This document shows, one piece after another, positions 1 through 9,477 of a stretch of DNA of 64,000 nucleotides (positions within the stretch are counted from its first letter, which is position 1; each line of letters starts with the position of its first letter). The DNA comes from Synechococcaceae cyanobacterium. Lineage in GTDB: Bacteria > Cyanobacteriota > Cyanobacteriia > PCC-6307 > Cyanobiaceae. Made by a program: the position numbers and the translations under genes. The stretch lies in assembly GCA_046340895.1 (NCBI GenBank), contig JBKDSQ010000058.1:25095-89094 (forward strand), written 5' to 3'. The notes under the pieces are model-generated. The model was given only the letters and a program-made list of their open reading frames with translations, ran no database searches and was not told the origin of the DNA.

Positions 1-268
1 TTTGTCGCGCGGGGGGCATGGCGATGGATGCGCTCTGAAGGCAGCCATTCAGAACGGGAGAGCCCATCCTGCGGCCAGGGGGGCGAGGGCGGGCCAGACT
101 TGATTCTGGCTAGTCGCAATCAGGTCCCTTTAAAAGACCCGAAAAGAGACACGGCCAAGACGGCCGGGACGTCAGGGCATGGTCGACGCGGGAGGGCGCA
201 CGAGTTGAAGCGCATAAGTCTCATATGGGTCTGACTTTGAGTCCAGGCGCGAGTCTTGTCTGGGATCT

Positions 269-1309
269 TCAATTCTTGTCCGGTTCCCGCTGGCGGTACA
301 GCTCCTTCAGCAATTGGTAGGCCTCATTCAGGCGACGCATGGTTTCCACGGAGCCACCGGCATCCGGGTGGTGGCAGAGGGCCCGCTCCCGGTAGGCCTC
401 GCGGATCTGGGCCAGGGAGATCGCCTGGCCGGCGGCGGTGGGAAGCTGCAGCAGCTTCAGCGCCCCCTGCACCGTCATCGTGTGCTCCAGGGTCTGGAAC
501 GAGGTGCCCTGCGGCCGCTTGCGGAAGCGGTGCATGAAGCGGTGGATCAGGGTGGGGATGCGCACCGCCAGGGTGGCCGCGCTGAAGGGATCCTCGAGCA
601 CACCGGCGGTGATGATCACCCGCTCCAGGCTCGGTGGGGCATCGCTCCAGGCGGGCACCACCTCGCGCATCGCCCGGCAGGCCTCGCTCCAGCTGAAACG
701 CCGCCCCTCGCTTTGGTCACTCTGGGGCCAGATGTCGCGCGCCAGCCAGATCATCGCCGCCTCCACCACCGTGGCATTGGCCTCGCTTCCATAGAGGCCG
801 AGCCAGTGGTCGCGCACCTCCTGCAGCGCCTGCTGGGCCACGGCCGCCGAGAGCTGGGGCAGGGGAGCCAGCGGTGCTGGCGTGGGCGTCGCCTCCGCGC
901 GGAGGCTGCGGCGCATCTCGCTGGTGCGCCGCCGCACGAAACCCGGCAGTTCAATGCCCCCTCCCGCACGGGGGCCCGCAGCCATCGCCTGGTCATCGGG
1001 GAGGTCGAACTCCGGATCGGTAGGCGCCGCCTCCAGGGCGCCGCGTCCGACCAGCACCAGGGCCGCCTGCTCGTCGATCTCCCCCCCATGCCGGAGCGGC
1101 CCTTCGCCTGCGGCGGTGACGAAGGGCTCCTCCCCATCCTCCTGGGCCTCATCGCGGCCGACGCTGAGCAGCTCCTCAAGCAGCTGTTCCAGCACCCGAC
1201 CACGGCTGCGCAGGCCGAGTTCCTCCTTGAGCCGGTCGATCTGCTCGACCAGATCGGTGGCCAGGGTCACGGCGATCCGTTGGCTGCCTTCCCCCCCCCT
1301 CTGCGCCAT
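269..1309 (-). CDS. J-domain (DnaJ-like) protein with N-terminal ribbon-helix-helix-like segment
   Basis: 346-aa ORF with ATG at 1307-1309. C-terminal J domain with HPD motif (IREAYRERALCHHPDAGG...LNEAYQLLKELY). N-terminus RIAVTLATDLVEQIDRLKEELGL looks like a CopG/Arc strand plus helix. GC3-rich codons. Confidence 0.75.
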   Translation of the reverse strand: MAQRGGEGSQRIAVTLATDLVEQIDRLKEELGLRSRGRVLEQLLEELLSVGRDEAQEDGEEPFVTAAGEGPLRHGGEIDEQAALVLVGRGALEAAPTDPEFDLPDDQAMAAGPRAGGGIELPGFVRRRTSEMRRSLRAEATPTPAPLAPLPQLSAAVAQQALQEVRDHWLGLYGSEANATVVEAAMIWLARDIWPQSDQSEGRRFSWSEACRAMREVVPAWSDAPPSLERVIITAGVLEDPFSAATLAVRIPTLIHRFMHRFRKRPQGTSFQTLEHTMTVQGALKLLQLPTAAGQAISLAQIREAYRERALCHHPDAGGSVETMRRLNEAYQLLKELYRQREPDKN

Positions 1310-1330
1310 CGCCTTTGCCTCAACCGTGGC

Positions 1331-2971
1331 TCATGGGTTCTGCCAGCCCTGCATCATGCGGCGCTGTTCCTCGATCGCCTGACGGTAGCGATCCACGTAG
1401 TCGCCGCCGGAGAGGGGCGGCACTGCGGTACTGCGCAGCCGTGGGCGTGGCGGCGGAGGCGGGGGGGGCGTGCTCCAGCCAGGGCGGCTGGGGCTCTGGC
1501 CCGGGTTGACGAGCAGGGACGGTGGCGGCCGCAGCGGACCCGGCGTCGGCGGGGTGGCGGCGGCCGCCGGGGTAGGCGGCAGAAGGGGCGGTGGGGCGGC
1601 TGGGGTGGGCTCCGATCGGTTGAGGCGCGCAAGCTCCAGCTGCCGCTCCCGCTCCCTGAGCTCGGCCAGCTGTACGGAGGGCACGACGCTCAGCAGATGG
1701 CCGGGGGTGGCATCGGCCGGGTACACCATGCTGACGCGGATCGGCGTTGTGACTCCCGGCTGAAGGTCCAGGCTGGCGAGCGAGAGGCTCTGGCCGGAGC
1801 GCAGACCCACGTGAACATCCTTACGGCCAGCGGGGGTTTCGATCTCCAGGGAGCCTCGGAAGGCGGTGAAGTTGCGGCCGCCACTGGGGGATGGATGGCT
1901 CATCACGAGCTCGTGCGGACCGTTGCCGCGCAGCTGCAGATCGAGGTCGAAGCGCACGCCGTAGGTACCGACGTTGTCGAGCGAGGAATCCACCATGCGG
2001 CTGGCGAGTGGATTCACCTGCACTTCGCCGGTTCCGAAATGGTGGCGATCGGTGCTGGTGAAGGGCACGTGCAGGGGACCCTGTTGCTGCAGATCGTGGG
2101 AAACGGTGGCGCGGTAGGTGTCGCCCAGGGCGACCCCGCCCACGCGGGAGAAGATGCTGCGGTTGTTGATCTCCCACAGCCGCGCCAGGTAGACCCGGCC
2201 AGGGGCGAGCCGGCCGCTGTCGAGCACCGCCAGCACGTCGGCGTCGCTGCCCGCCGCGCGGGTGGCCACCACCGCCATCTGGAAAGGCCCGTCGCTGTGG
2301 CCGCGCAGCAGGGCATTGGCGATCCCCAGCGCCGGCAGGCGGGTGGTGAACAGCACAATGCGGCTGCGGGCCGGGATCGTGATCTCGTCGCTGAGGCGCG
2401 GATCGAGGCGCCGGCGCAGCATCTGCACGGCGGTGGCGTCGCCGGGGCCGGTGTTCCAGGGGCGGGGACCGAGCGGCTTGACCCCCATCAGATTGTTGGC
2501 CAGGTAGGGAGCCTCAAAGCTGTTGCGCACCGCGCCCATTTCGAAGCGGATGTGCACCGGCTTGATGCCGGGGTTGATCAGAATCGTGGCCAGGGTGAGC
2601 TCGGAGCGGCGGCCGTCAGGGCCGGCGGCGCCTCGGGTGGGCGAGTGATATTTGTGGTGAAGGTGCAGGCCGAATTCGCCGTTGAAGGTGAACTCGGCAT
2701 TGCGCAGCCACTGGCCTGTCTCCGCGGCCATGGCCTGGCCTGGGGCGGTGTTGATCAGGATGCCGGGTCCCTCCACCTCCTCGGGCTGGTTGGAGTGCAG
2801 CACCGGCACGTTGTTGAACACCCCGCGCAGCGGCCGGGCCCTCTGGCCGGCCATCAGGGCCACGTAGGCGTGGGCGGCGGGAATCTCCAGAACCGACACC
2901 ATCGCCATCGTTACTGCGACGAGGCCGGGGGAACCAGGAGGACGCACCAGGCGCAAACCGGAAACGGGCAA
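1331..2971 (-). CDS. Exported conserved cyanobacterial protein (DUF3370-like) with Pro-rich C-terminus
   Basis: 546-aa ORF with TTG start. N-terminal signal-like segment ending AHA. The VLHSNQPEEVEGPGILINT block resembles the DUF3370 signature as I remember it. Pro-rich tail. Confidence 0.65.
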   Translation of the reverse strand: MPVSGLRLVRPPGSPGLVAVTMAMVSVLEIPAAHAYVALMAGQRARPLRGVFNNVPVLHSNQPEEVEGPGILINTAPGQAMAAETGQWLRNAEFTFNGEFGLHLHHKYHSPTRGAAGPDGRRSELTLATILINPGIKPVHIRFEMGAVRNSFEAPYLANNLMGVKPLGPRPWNTGPGDATAVQMLRRRLDPRLSDEITIPARSRIVLFTTRLPALGIANALLRGHSDGPFQMAVVATRAAGSDADVLAVLDSGRLAPGRVYLARLWEINNRSIFSRVGGVALGDTYRATVSHDLQQQGPLHVPFTSTDRHHFGTGEVQVNPLASRMVDSSLDNVGTYGVRFDLDLQLRGNGPHELVMSHPSPSGGRNFTAFRGSLEIETPAGRKDVHVGLRSGQSLSLASLDLQPGVTTPIRVSMVYPADATPGHLLSVVPSVQLAELRERERQLELARLNRSEPTPAAPPPLLPPTPAAAATPPTPGPLRPPPSLLVNPGQSPSRPGWSTPPPPPPPRPRLRSTAVPPLSGGDYVDRYRQAIEEQRRMMQGWQNP

Positions 2972-3102
2972 GGGGGAACGGGCCGTGGGCCTCGGGAGGA
3001 TGATGCCGCCATCGGAGGGGAGATGGGGGCGTCCGCATCAGGAGCGGGCCCCGGCGGCGGCGTTGCGGTCGCTAGAACCGATCAGACCGCTCGCATCCTC
3101 CC

Positions 3103-3294
3103 ATGATTCCCCCCTTCGGCTGCTGCACCGGCCTGGACGACGGCCACGCCGGCCGCCGCCGTCACCAGGAGCGCAAGCTGCGCCTGCTGAGTGCCTGGCG
3201 CGACGGCCTGGAGCGCCAGCTGGCCGCCGTGAGCGCCGCGATCAGCACGCTGGAGCGCCAGATGGAGCGGGACGCTGCCACGCCGGGCAGCTGA
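3103..3294 (+). CDS. Small hypothetical coiled-coil protein
   Basis: 63-aa ORF with ATG start and strongly GC3-biased codons. Its 3' end overlaps the convergent sigma-factor gene by 53 nt. No family recognised. Confidence 0.4.
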   Translation: MIPPFGCCTGLDDGHAGRRRHQERKLRLLSAWRDGLERQLAAVSAAISTLERQMERDAATPGS

Positions 3295-4024
3295 GGGCCC
3301 CACTCTCGAGCTGGTTGCGCAGGCTCTCCAGACCCTGCTGGAGCAACCTCTTCACCGTGGGCGGAGTCACCCCCAGTTCCTGGGCAAGGCTGCGGTAGCT
3401 GCTTCCGGCCAGCACCATCTGGGACACCACCCGCCGCTGACGCGGCTCGAGGCCTTCCAGCATGGCCTTCAGAGACGCGGCGCTGGCGGGGGCCGGGGCA
3501 GGAGCCGGGTCAGGATCGGCGCCGGCCTCCAGGCTCTCCAGCAGCGCCCCTTCCAGCGGCAGCGGATGGCAGAGCGCCTGCTGACGGAGCAACACCGCCT
3601 TTTCCTCCGGGGCCAGCGTGATCCTGCCCGGCCCCGCCAGACCCCGCTCCTGGCGCCGCAGCAGCTGCAGCCGTTCGGCCTGGCGCCGCGGCAACCGCAC
3701 GCTCGGGGCCACATCGCGCAGGTGGTGCAGGATCGCGCCGCGGATGTGCGGCCGGGCAAAGGCAGGGAACGGGGTGCCCTGCTCCGGGCTGTAGCGCTCG
3801 GCGGCGCGGATCAGGCCGAGCAGGCCCACCTGGCGCAGATCCTCGTAGGGCTCGCCGCAGCAGCGGGCGTAGTGATGGGCGACCGGCGGCACCAGGTCGC
3901 CGTACTGCTCGACCAACCGGTTGCGGCGACGCAGGGCCTGGGCTGGGCGGGAGAGGCGGCGGCGGGATGGGGCCGCAGCGACGGGAGCGGCGTGGGATGC
4001 CGTTGCGAGAGACGGGGAGGCCAT
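3242..4024 (-). CDS. RNA polymerase sigma factor, sigma-70 family (alternative/group-3-like)
   Basis: Region 2 motifs (DLRQVGLLGLIRAAERY, FPAFARPHIRGAILHHLRD) and a region 4 HTH (SYRSLAQELGVTPPTVKRLLQQGLESLR). Start taken at ATG 4022-4024 (MASPSL); the ORF is open to 4129. Confidence 0.85.
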   Translation of the reverse strand: MASPSLATASHAAPVAAAPSRRRLSRPAQALRRRNRLVEQYGDLVPPVAHHYARCCGEPYEDLRQVGLLGLIRAAERYSPEQGTPFPAFARPHIRGAILHHLRDVAPSVRLPRRQAERLQLLRRQERGLAGPGRITLAPEEKAVLLRQQALCHPLPLEGALLESLEAGADPDPAPAPAPASAASLKAMLEGLEPRQRRVVSQMVLAGSSYRSLAQELGVTPPTVKRLLQQGLESLRNQLESGALSCPAWQRPAPSGAPAC

Positions 4025-4147
4025 GGACAAAAAATGGAAATAAAAAAGGAAATAGGCACCGGCCGATGACGATCCGGTGCTCTTTCCACGGAGCACCAGA
4101 CCGCGGCCACCGCGCAACCGTGAAACCACGCAATCCGCGCCAACCGC

Positions 4148-4975
4148 TCAGGCTCGCGGGGCGGCCACCTCCGCCAGCAGCCGCCAGGGGCCGTTCTGTT
4201 CCAGCCAGGTGCGATCGGAGTGATCGGTGCAGAGCAGGTAGCCGGCAAAGCCGAGGCCGTTGACGCTGAAGCCGGCGCAGTGCTCCCGCAGCCGCCGCAC
4301 GGTGAGGAACCAGCGGTCGTTGAACAGCAGGTTGTAGGCATGGCGGGGCGCGTCATCCGACGCCCGGCGGCCCAGGCCCAGTTCCTGGCAATGGCGGGCG
4401 TAGAGCTCCGGCAGATCCGACCACCCCTGTGGATCGAGGCGCGGGCTGAGACGGTAAGCCCACGGCCAGGGCTCCGCCCCAGCCAGCTGGGCCTCCAGGG
4501 CCGGCGCCAGGGGGCAGCTGGCCTCCCCGGCCCTGCGCGGCAACAGCTGCAGATGGCGGTGCGGCTGGCTGGCCCCGGCGGTGGCGCTGCTGTTGAAGAA
4601 CCACAGCCCACCGGTGTCGCCGGCCACAGCCGCCACCGCCTGCCAGTCGGCCGCTTCGATCCAGCCGCTCTGGGGCCGCCACTGCTGGCTGATCACCAGC
4701 AGATGGGCGGGCTGCACCGGGTATTTGTTGAGCAGCAGCACATGGCCGCTGGCGAGCCGGCCCACCTCCAGGGGGAGATCCCACGGCAGGAAGGGATTGG
4801 GCTTGGGACCCTCCGGCCGCAGGTGGCGGGGGGTGCGGCTGGTGAGCCGGCGGACCACGAACGGATCGACACCGGGGAGGGATACCAGCTCGGTGCCGAG
4901 GGGCACGAGCGCCCCGGCCTGGCGGGCGGCCTCGGAGACCGCCAGGGCCTGCCGCCAGTACCGCTCAGCCCGCAC
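4148..4975 (-). CDS. ATP adenylyltransferase / Ap4A phosphorylase II-like (HIT-like) protein
   Basis: 275 aa. The LLLNKYPVQPAHLLVIS block and the HRHLQLLPR (HxHxQ-type) motif are typical of the Apa2-like family. Confidence 0.7.
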   Translation of the reverse strand: MRAERYWRQALAVSEAARQAGALVPLGTELVSLPGVDPFVVRRLTSRTPRHLRPEGPKPNPFLPWDLPLEVGRLASGHVLLLNKYPVQPAHLLVISQQWRPQSGWIEAADWQAVAAVAGDTGGLWFFNSSATAGASQPHRHLQLLPRRAGEASCPLAPALEAQLAGAEPWPWAYRLSPRLDPQGWSDLPELYARHCQELGLGRRASDDAPRHAYNLLFNDRWFLTVRRLREHCAGFSVNGLGFAGYLLCTDHSDRTWLEQNGPWRLLAEVAAPRA

Positions 4976-6143
4976 CGGCCTGCAACCGGGCCAGGGAGGC
5001 GCCGCGGTAGTAGCGCCCCAGGATTTCGTTGAAGCGAAGCCCCTGCTGCGCTAGCTCCTGGGCGCCCGTCTGGCTCATGCTTGCCCCCAGGTGGCCATGG
5101 GCCTCGTCGACGATCTGCTGGGTGGCGGCGTAGAGGCTCTCGACGATGCCGCCCTGGTAGCTGAGGATCACCCCGGCCGTGCTGGTGGTGGCCTCGCGGG
5201 TGCGGCCGTTGACGGCGGCCAGGCCGGTGTAGTTCTGCCAGCGGGTGGTGTCGCCCAGGTGCCAGTGCTCATCGGCCGGGCGGGCCATGTGGGCCATGGC
5301 GTAGGAGCGGGCGGCCACGGCCTGGGCTCGGAGGGCCTCGATGTTCCAGTGGGTGGGCATCTCGCCGCCCACCACCGAGCTGATGTAGCGCTCCAGCGGC
5401 AGATGATTGACGACCCGCAGGCCGCCATCACCGCGGAGCAGGCGGAAGCGGCCCTCGTAGGGGCGGCCATCGGCCAGCAGGTGCTGGTCGGGGGCGGTTT
5501 CCAGCCAGAGCTCGGAGGCGCCGCCCAGGGCCGAGGACACCGGCACCGGCGCGCCAGCCCCGCCCTGCTGCAGCACCCGGCCGTCGCGGTCGCGCAGGCG
5601 CCAGGGGCCGCTGGCGCTCAGGGACGGCCAGGCGGAGAGCTTGAGCAGGGCGACCCGGATCTCCAGGTCGAGCGCCGGACCAGCGGCCGGAACCGCCAGG
5701 GCGTCGCCGCTGCGGGCGCCGCTGGCGCGCTGGGCCTGGAGCGAGCCGGTGGAGGAAGTCGTGGCGCCCGATGGCGCAGCAGCAGAGGCGGGGGCAGAAG
5801 CCGGACTGGAAGGAACGCTCCGCGCGGAGGGGGACGCCGGGCTGGGCTCGGCGATCAGCGCCTCCAGCAGGTGGCGGTCTGCGGCCCGCGGGGAGGGGGT
5901 GAGCAGGGCCTGGGCGGCGAAACCCACGCCAACGGCCAGGGCTGCCAGCGCCGCCACCGGCGCGGTGAGCACCACCGGATGGTGCCGGCCGGCGCGGATC
6001 AGCCTGCGCAGCGCAGGCCCTGCCAGGCCTCCGAAGCCGCCGATCCGGCGGCGCAGGGCCTCGGCCTGGCGAGCAAGGTTCCGTGCCACAGCAAACTGCC
6101 CGATCCGATCAGCCGGATTGTGGCGGAAGAAGCGGCCTCGCAC
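4965..6143 (-). CDS. SpoIID/LytB domain protein (exported or membrane-anchored)
   Basis: C-terminal SpoIID-like blocks (AQAVAARSYAMAH, GVILSYQGGIVESLYAA, MSQTGAQELAQQG) and an N-terminal hydrophobic anchor. The longest ORF (GTG 6143) overlaps phzF by 145 nt. An in-frame GTG at 5975 just before the TM segment is an alternative start. Confidence 0.8.
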   Translation of the reverse strand: MRGRFFRHNPADRIGQFAVARNLARQAEALRRRIGGFGGLAGPALRRLIRAGRHHPVVLTAPVAALAALAVGVGFAAQALLTPSPRAADRHLLEALIAEPSPASPSARSVPSSPASAPASAAAPSGATTSSTGSLQAQRASGARSGDALAVPAAGPALDLEIRVALLKLSAWPSLSASGPWRLRDRDGRVLQQGGAGAPVPVSSALGGASELWLETAPDQHLLADGRPYEGRFRLLRGDGGLRVVNHLPLERYISSVVGGEMPTHWNIEALRAQAVAARSYAMAHMARPADEHWHLGDTTRWQNYTGLAAVNGRTREATTSTAGVILSYQGGIVESLYAATQQIVDEAHGHLGASMSQTGAQELAQQGLRFNEILGRYYRGASLARLQAGAG

Positions 6144-6922
6144 ACCATCCCCCCAGGACGGTCAGAGCATTGCCAGCCCACCACGCGCGAGCGGCCGAGG
6201 CGCTCCATCCACCAGGGGGCAACCAGGGCGTGGGCCGATCCGGTGACGGGATCCTCCGGGATGCCGAGCCCGGGGGCGAAGAAGCGCAAGCGGTAGTCGG
6301 CCGCCTCCCCCGCCACCTGCGGGGCCGGGCCAGCCGGTGGCAGGGCCTGCATCGCCACCAATCCGTTGCGCAGCTCCTCCGGCAGCGCGTGCGCCAGAGC
6401 GGCCAGCTCCGCCAGGTCGGCCGTGGCCGGCAGCAGCGCCACGGCGTAGCCGAGCGAGGAACGCCAGAAGGCCTCGGCCCCCACGGCCAGCCGCCGCTGC
6501 AACAGCGCCTCAAGGGCGCCGGGAGAGGGAGCCTGCTGCAGGCCTCCAGCCGGAAGGGTGATGGCCCCCAGGCCCGGTCGCTCCGCGGCCGGCGCCCGCA
6601 ACAGCCGCACCGGCAACGGACCGCTGCGGCTGTGGAGCGCCAGCTCCTGGCCCGGCTCCAGCACCCCCCAGTACCCCAGCGCCAGCAGCGCCGCCAGCGT
6701 GGCGTGGCCGCACAGGGGCACCTCACAGCTGGGGGTGAACCAGCGCAGCAGCCAGCGCTCGCGCTCACGCAACAGGAAGGCGGTTTCCGATTGGCGCAGA
6801 CTGGCCGCCACCGCCTGCAGCCAGGTGTCGTCCACCGGATCCTCCAGCCGCACCACAGCCGCGCCGTTGCCGGCCCCGGGGAGCTCGCTGAAGGCCTCCA
6901 CATGCAGGGCGGCCAGGCTCAT
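5999..6922 (-). CDS. PhzF-family isomerase
   Basis: 307 aa. Contains GNGAAVV, SETAFL, CGHATLAAL and EDPVTGSAH blocks typical of PhzF. Its ATG overlaps the gpsA stop (ATGA). Confidence 0.85.
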   Translation of the reverse strand: MSLAALHVEAFSELPGAGNGAAVVRLEDPVDDTWLQAVAASLRQSETAFLLRERERWLLRWFTPSCEVPLCGHATLAALLALGYWGVLEPGQELALHSRSGPLPVRLLRAPAAERPGLGAITLPAGGLQQAPSPGALEALLQRRLAVGAEAFWRSSLGYAVALLPATADLAELAALAHALPEELRNGLVAMQALPPAGPAPQVAGEAADYRLRFFAPGLGIPEDPVTGSAHALVAPWWMERLGRSRVVGWQCSDRPGGMVCEAASSATIRLIGSGSLLWHGTLLARPRPCAAGSAASEAWQGLRCAG

Positions 6923-7839
6923 GCTTCCGCCTCCGCCCGCAGGTCGCGCTCCATCAGGGCCCGCACCGCCCGGGCCGGATCGATGCGGCCATCGAGCAGG
7001 GCCACCACCTGTTCGCTGATCGGCAACCGCCAGCCATGGCGGGCCGCCAGGGCCAGCACCGCCCGCGCCGTGGGGGCCCCTTCGACGGTGGCGCCCACCG
7101 CCGCCAGGGCCGTGGCCTCATCGGCCCCGCGGGCCAGTTGCACGCCGAAGCGGTGGTTGCGGCTGAGGTCGCTGTTGGCGGTGGCCAGCAGGTCGCCCAG
7201 GCCCGCCAGCCCGTACAGGGTGGTGCTCTGGCCGCCAAGGGCGCGCAGCACCAGACCCATCTCCGCCAGACCGCGGCAGAGCAGCGAGGCCTTGGCGTTC
7301 GCCCCCAGCCCCAGCCCATCGCTGACGCCGGCGGCGAGCGCCATCACGTTCTTCAGCGCCCCGGCGGCCTCGGTGCCGATCGGATCGCTGTTGGTGTAGA
7401 GCCGCAGGTTGGGGGCTGAGAGGGCGGCCTGCAGGTGGCGGGCCAGCCCCTCGTCGCCGCTGGCGACCACGCTGGCGGCGGGGAGGCCGCGTTCCAGCTC
7501 CGCCGCCAGGTTGGGGCCGCTCAGCACCGCCACGCCCACCGCCGGCAGCTGGCGGGCCCAGAGCTGGGCGGCGCTGCAGAGGCTTCCGCCGTCGATCCCC
7601 TTGCTGCAGCTCAACAGGGGCAGATCCGCCGGCCAGCCGGGGCCGAGCCGCTGTGCCAGGCCCTCCACCCCGGCCATCGACACGGCCGAGACGACCAGAT
7701 CCGCCCCATCCAGCAGCGGCTGCGGATCGCCACCGTCGCGGCGCGACCAGAGCCGCAGCTCATGGCCTCTGGCCTGCCAGAGATGCGCCAGGGTGCTGCC
7801 CCAGGCGCCGCGACCGAGCACAACGATGCGCAGAGCCAT
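6919..7839 (-). CDS. gpsA: NAD(P)H-dependent glycerol-3-phosphate dehydrogenase
   Basis: N-terminal Rossmann motif VLGRGAWGSTLA and conserved GALKNVMALAAG and NHRFG blocks. ATG at 7837-7839. Confidence 0.9.
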   Translation of the reverse strand: MALRIVVLGRGAWGSTLAHLWQARGHELRLWSRRDGGDPQPLLDGADLVVSAVSMAGVEGLAQRLGPGWPADLPLLSCSKGIDGGSLCSAAQLWARQLPAVGVAVLSGPNLAAELERGLPAASVVASGDEGLARHLQAALSAPNLRLYTNSDPIGTEAAGALKNVMALAAGVSDGLGLGANAKASLLCRGLAEMGLVLRALGGQSTTLYGLAGLGDLLATANSDLSRNHRFGVQLARGADEATALAAVGATVEGAPTARAVLALAARHGWRLPISEQVVALLDGRIDPARAVRALMERDLRAEAEA

Positions 7840-7905
7840 CAAGCCTCCCGGCGAGCCTCCTCCGGAGCTGGAGCGCTGCCATCATGCGCCATCTGCCGAC
7901 GCGCC

Positions 7906-8646
7906 ATGGCCGCTGCCCCCGATCCGCACGACTGGAGCCAGTGGCGGGGCCAGGCCCTGGTGGTGGGCCGCGGCGGCATTGGCCGGGCGCTGCTGGCGTC
8001 GTTGCCCCAGCACTGCCCGGAGCTGGAGATCTGGTCGGCGGGGCGGGATCCGCAGCAGCAGCGCCACCTCCAGCTCGACCTGGGCGACGACGCCAGCCTG
8101 GCGGCCTTCGCCGAGCAGGCGGCCCGGCACCTGCCCTGCCTGCGGCTGGTGATCCACACCAGCGGGCTTCTGCACGACGCCCAGCAGCAGCCGGAGAAGC
8201 GGCTGGCCCAGGTGCGGCGCGACTGGCTGGAGCGCAGCTTCGCGGTCAACGCCTGGGGGCCGCTGCTGCTCGCCCAGGCGCTGGAGGAGCGGCTGCCGCG
8301 CCAGCTGCCCTGCCGGTTCGCCAGCCTCTCGGCCCGGGTCGGCAGCATCGGCGACAACCGGCTCGGCGGCTGGTACGCCTACCGGGCCGCCAAGGCCGCC
8401 CAGAACCAGCTGCTCACCACCCTGGCGCTGGAATGGCGGCGCCGCCGGCCGCTCACCAGCGTGACCCTGCTGCATCCGGGCACCACGGCCACGTCCCTGT
8501 CGGAGCCGTTCCGCGGCGGTGTGGCGCCGGAGCGGCTGTTCAGCCCGGAGCAGGCCGCCGGGCACCTGCTGACGGTGCTGGCCGGACAGCGGCCGGAGAA
8601 CAGCGGTGCCTTCCTGGCCTGGGACGGCCAACCGATCCCCTGGTGA
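7906..8646 (+). CDS. Short-chain dehydrogenase/reductase (C-factor-like SDR)
   Basis: Real gene inside the long ORF 7435-8646. ATG at 7906 gives MAAAPD...ALVVGRGGIGRALL (cofactor-binding glycine motif) and YRAAKAA (YxxxK active site). Confidence 0.8.
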   Translation: MAAAPDPHDWSQWRGQALVVGRGGIGRALLASLPQHCPELEIWSAGRDPQQQRHLQLDLGDDASLAAFAEQAARHLPCLRLVIHTSGLLHDAQQQPEKRLAQVRRDWLERSFAVNAWGPLLLAQALEERLPRQLPCRFASLSARVGSIGDNRLGGWYAYRAAKAAQNQLLTTLALEWRRRRPLTSVTLLHPGTTATSLSEPFRGGVAPERLFSPEQAAGHLLTVLAGQRPENSGAFLAWDGQPIPW

Positions 8647-8681
8647 AACGCGGCGCAGCGGGCGGGGCCGCGGGGCCCGGC

Positions 8682-9095
8682 TCAGGCGGCGTGGGCGCGC
8701 AGCACCTCCAGCGGGATCACCTCCAGAGTGCTGGCTTCACAGGCCTCCAGGCGCACGGGCGGGGCCATGCCGTCTTCGTAGGCCTCCAGCCAGCGCGGGG
8801 CGCAGACGCACCAGGCATCGCCGGGGCGCAGGCCCGGGAAGCCGTAGGCCGGCGCCGGGGCGGTGAGGTCGTTGCCCTGGGCGCGGCTGTAGGAGAGAAA
8901 GCGCTCATCGACCACGCAGCAGACGGTGTGGCGGCCCAGGTCGGCGGGATCGGTGCGGCAGCTGCCATCGCGGAACCAGCCGGTCATCGGCTGGCAGCCG
9001 CAGACCTCGAGCGGGCCGCCGAGCACGTTGCGCGGGCCGCCCTGGGGTGCCGCCGCGGGGTGGGGATCGGTGGAGGGATCGGGGAGGGCGGCCAT
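8682..9095 (-). CDS. DUF2237 family protein
   Basis: ATG at 9093-9095. Sequence NVLGGPLEVCGCQPMTGWFRDGSCRTDPADLGRHTVCCVV...GNDLTAP...GLRPGDAWCVCAPRW matches the DUF2237 pattern I remember. Confidence 0.8.
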   Translation of the reverse strand: MAALPDPSTDPHPAAAPQGGPRNVLGGPLEVCGCQPMTGWFRDGSCRTDPADLGRHTVCCVVDERFLSYSRAQGNDLTAPAPAYGFPGLRPGDAWCVCAPRWLEAYEDGMAPPVRLEACEASTLEVIPLEVLRAHAA

Positions 9096-9230
9096 GGCCG
9101 GAGCGCGCACGGAACGGGGGTGAGTCTGCCGGCAGAAGGGCACAAAATGCGGCAGGGAGTTGACGGAATCCGGGGGGAGCGGGTTAAAGAACCTGTTACG
9201 ACACCCCGCGAGCAACCGCGCCGCCCCTTC

Positions 9231-9458
9231 ATGAGCTGGGATTTCACCGAGGACGCGGCCTTCCTGGCCCTCTGCGACGCCTACAAGGAGAGCGGTGAAC
9301 CCTCCGCGATGGAGTTCCTGGCCCACGGGGAGGGCGCCTTCCATTTCCAGGAGCTCACCCAGAACGCCGCCGGCGAAGGCCTCGACCTGTCGGACAGCAG
9401 CGATCTCGAGGAGTTCCAGCAGGAGGTGATCGACAGCCTGGAGCAGCTCTGCGACTGA
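9231..9458 (+). CDS. Small acidic hypothetical protein
   Basis: 75 codons starting at ATG 9231, inside the shadow ORF 7653-9458. Clean GC3-rich codon usage. No family recognised. Confidence 0.5.
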   Translation: MSWDFTEDAAFLALCDAYKESGEPSAMEFLAHGEGAFHFQELTQNAAGEGLDLSDSSDLEEFQQEVIDSLEQLCD

Positions 9459-9477
9459 CACCAGGCTGCCGAAGGGA

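Noticed and set aside
1-268. AT-richer 270-nt region at the window start, including the 68-aa ORF 28-234. Considered as a possible tmRNA, RNase P RNA, 6S RNA, SRP RNA or riboswitch.
   Set aside because: I found none of the conserved signatures I know: no GGTTCGA-type T-arm with a tag ORF, no GAGGAAAGTCC, no SRP GGAA tetraloop helix, no B12 box. The ORF is Arg/Gly-rich with poor coding bias. A minus-strand ATG at 17-19 may start a gene that runs off the window, but six codons cannot support a call.
314-3106. 930-aa plus-strand ORF spanning the first 3 kb
   Set aside because: It is antisense to the J-domain and DUF3370-like genes. Its composition is Arg/Gly/Ala/His-rich low complexity with no motif. 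This is a typical shadow ORF of high-GC DNA.
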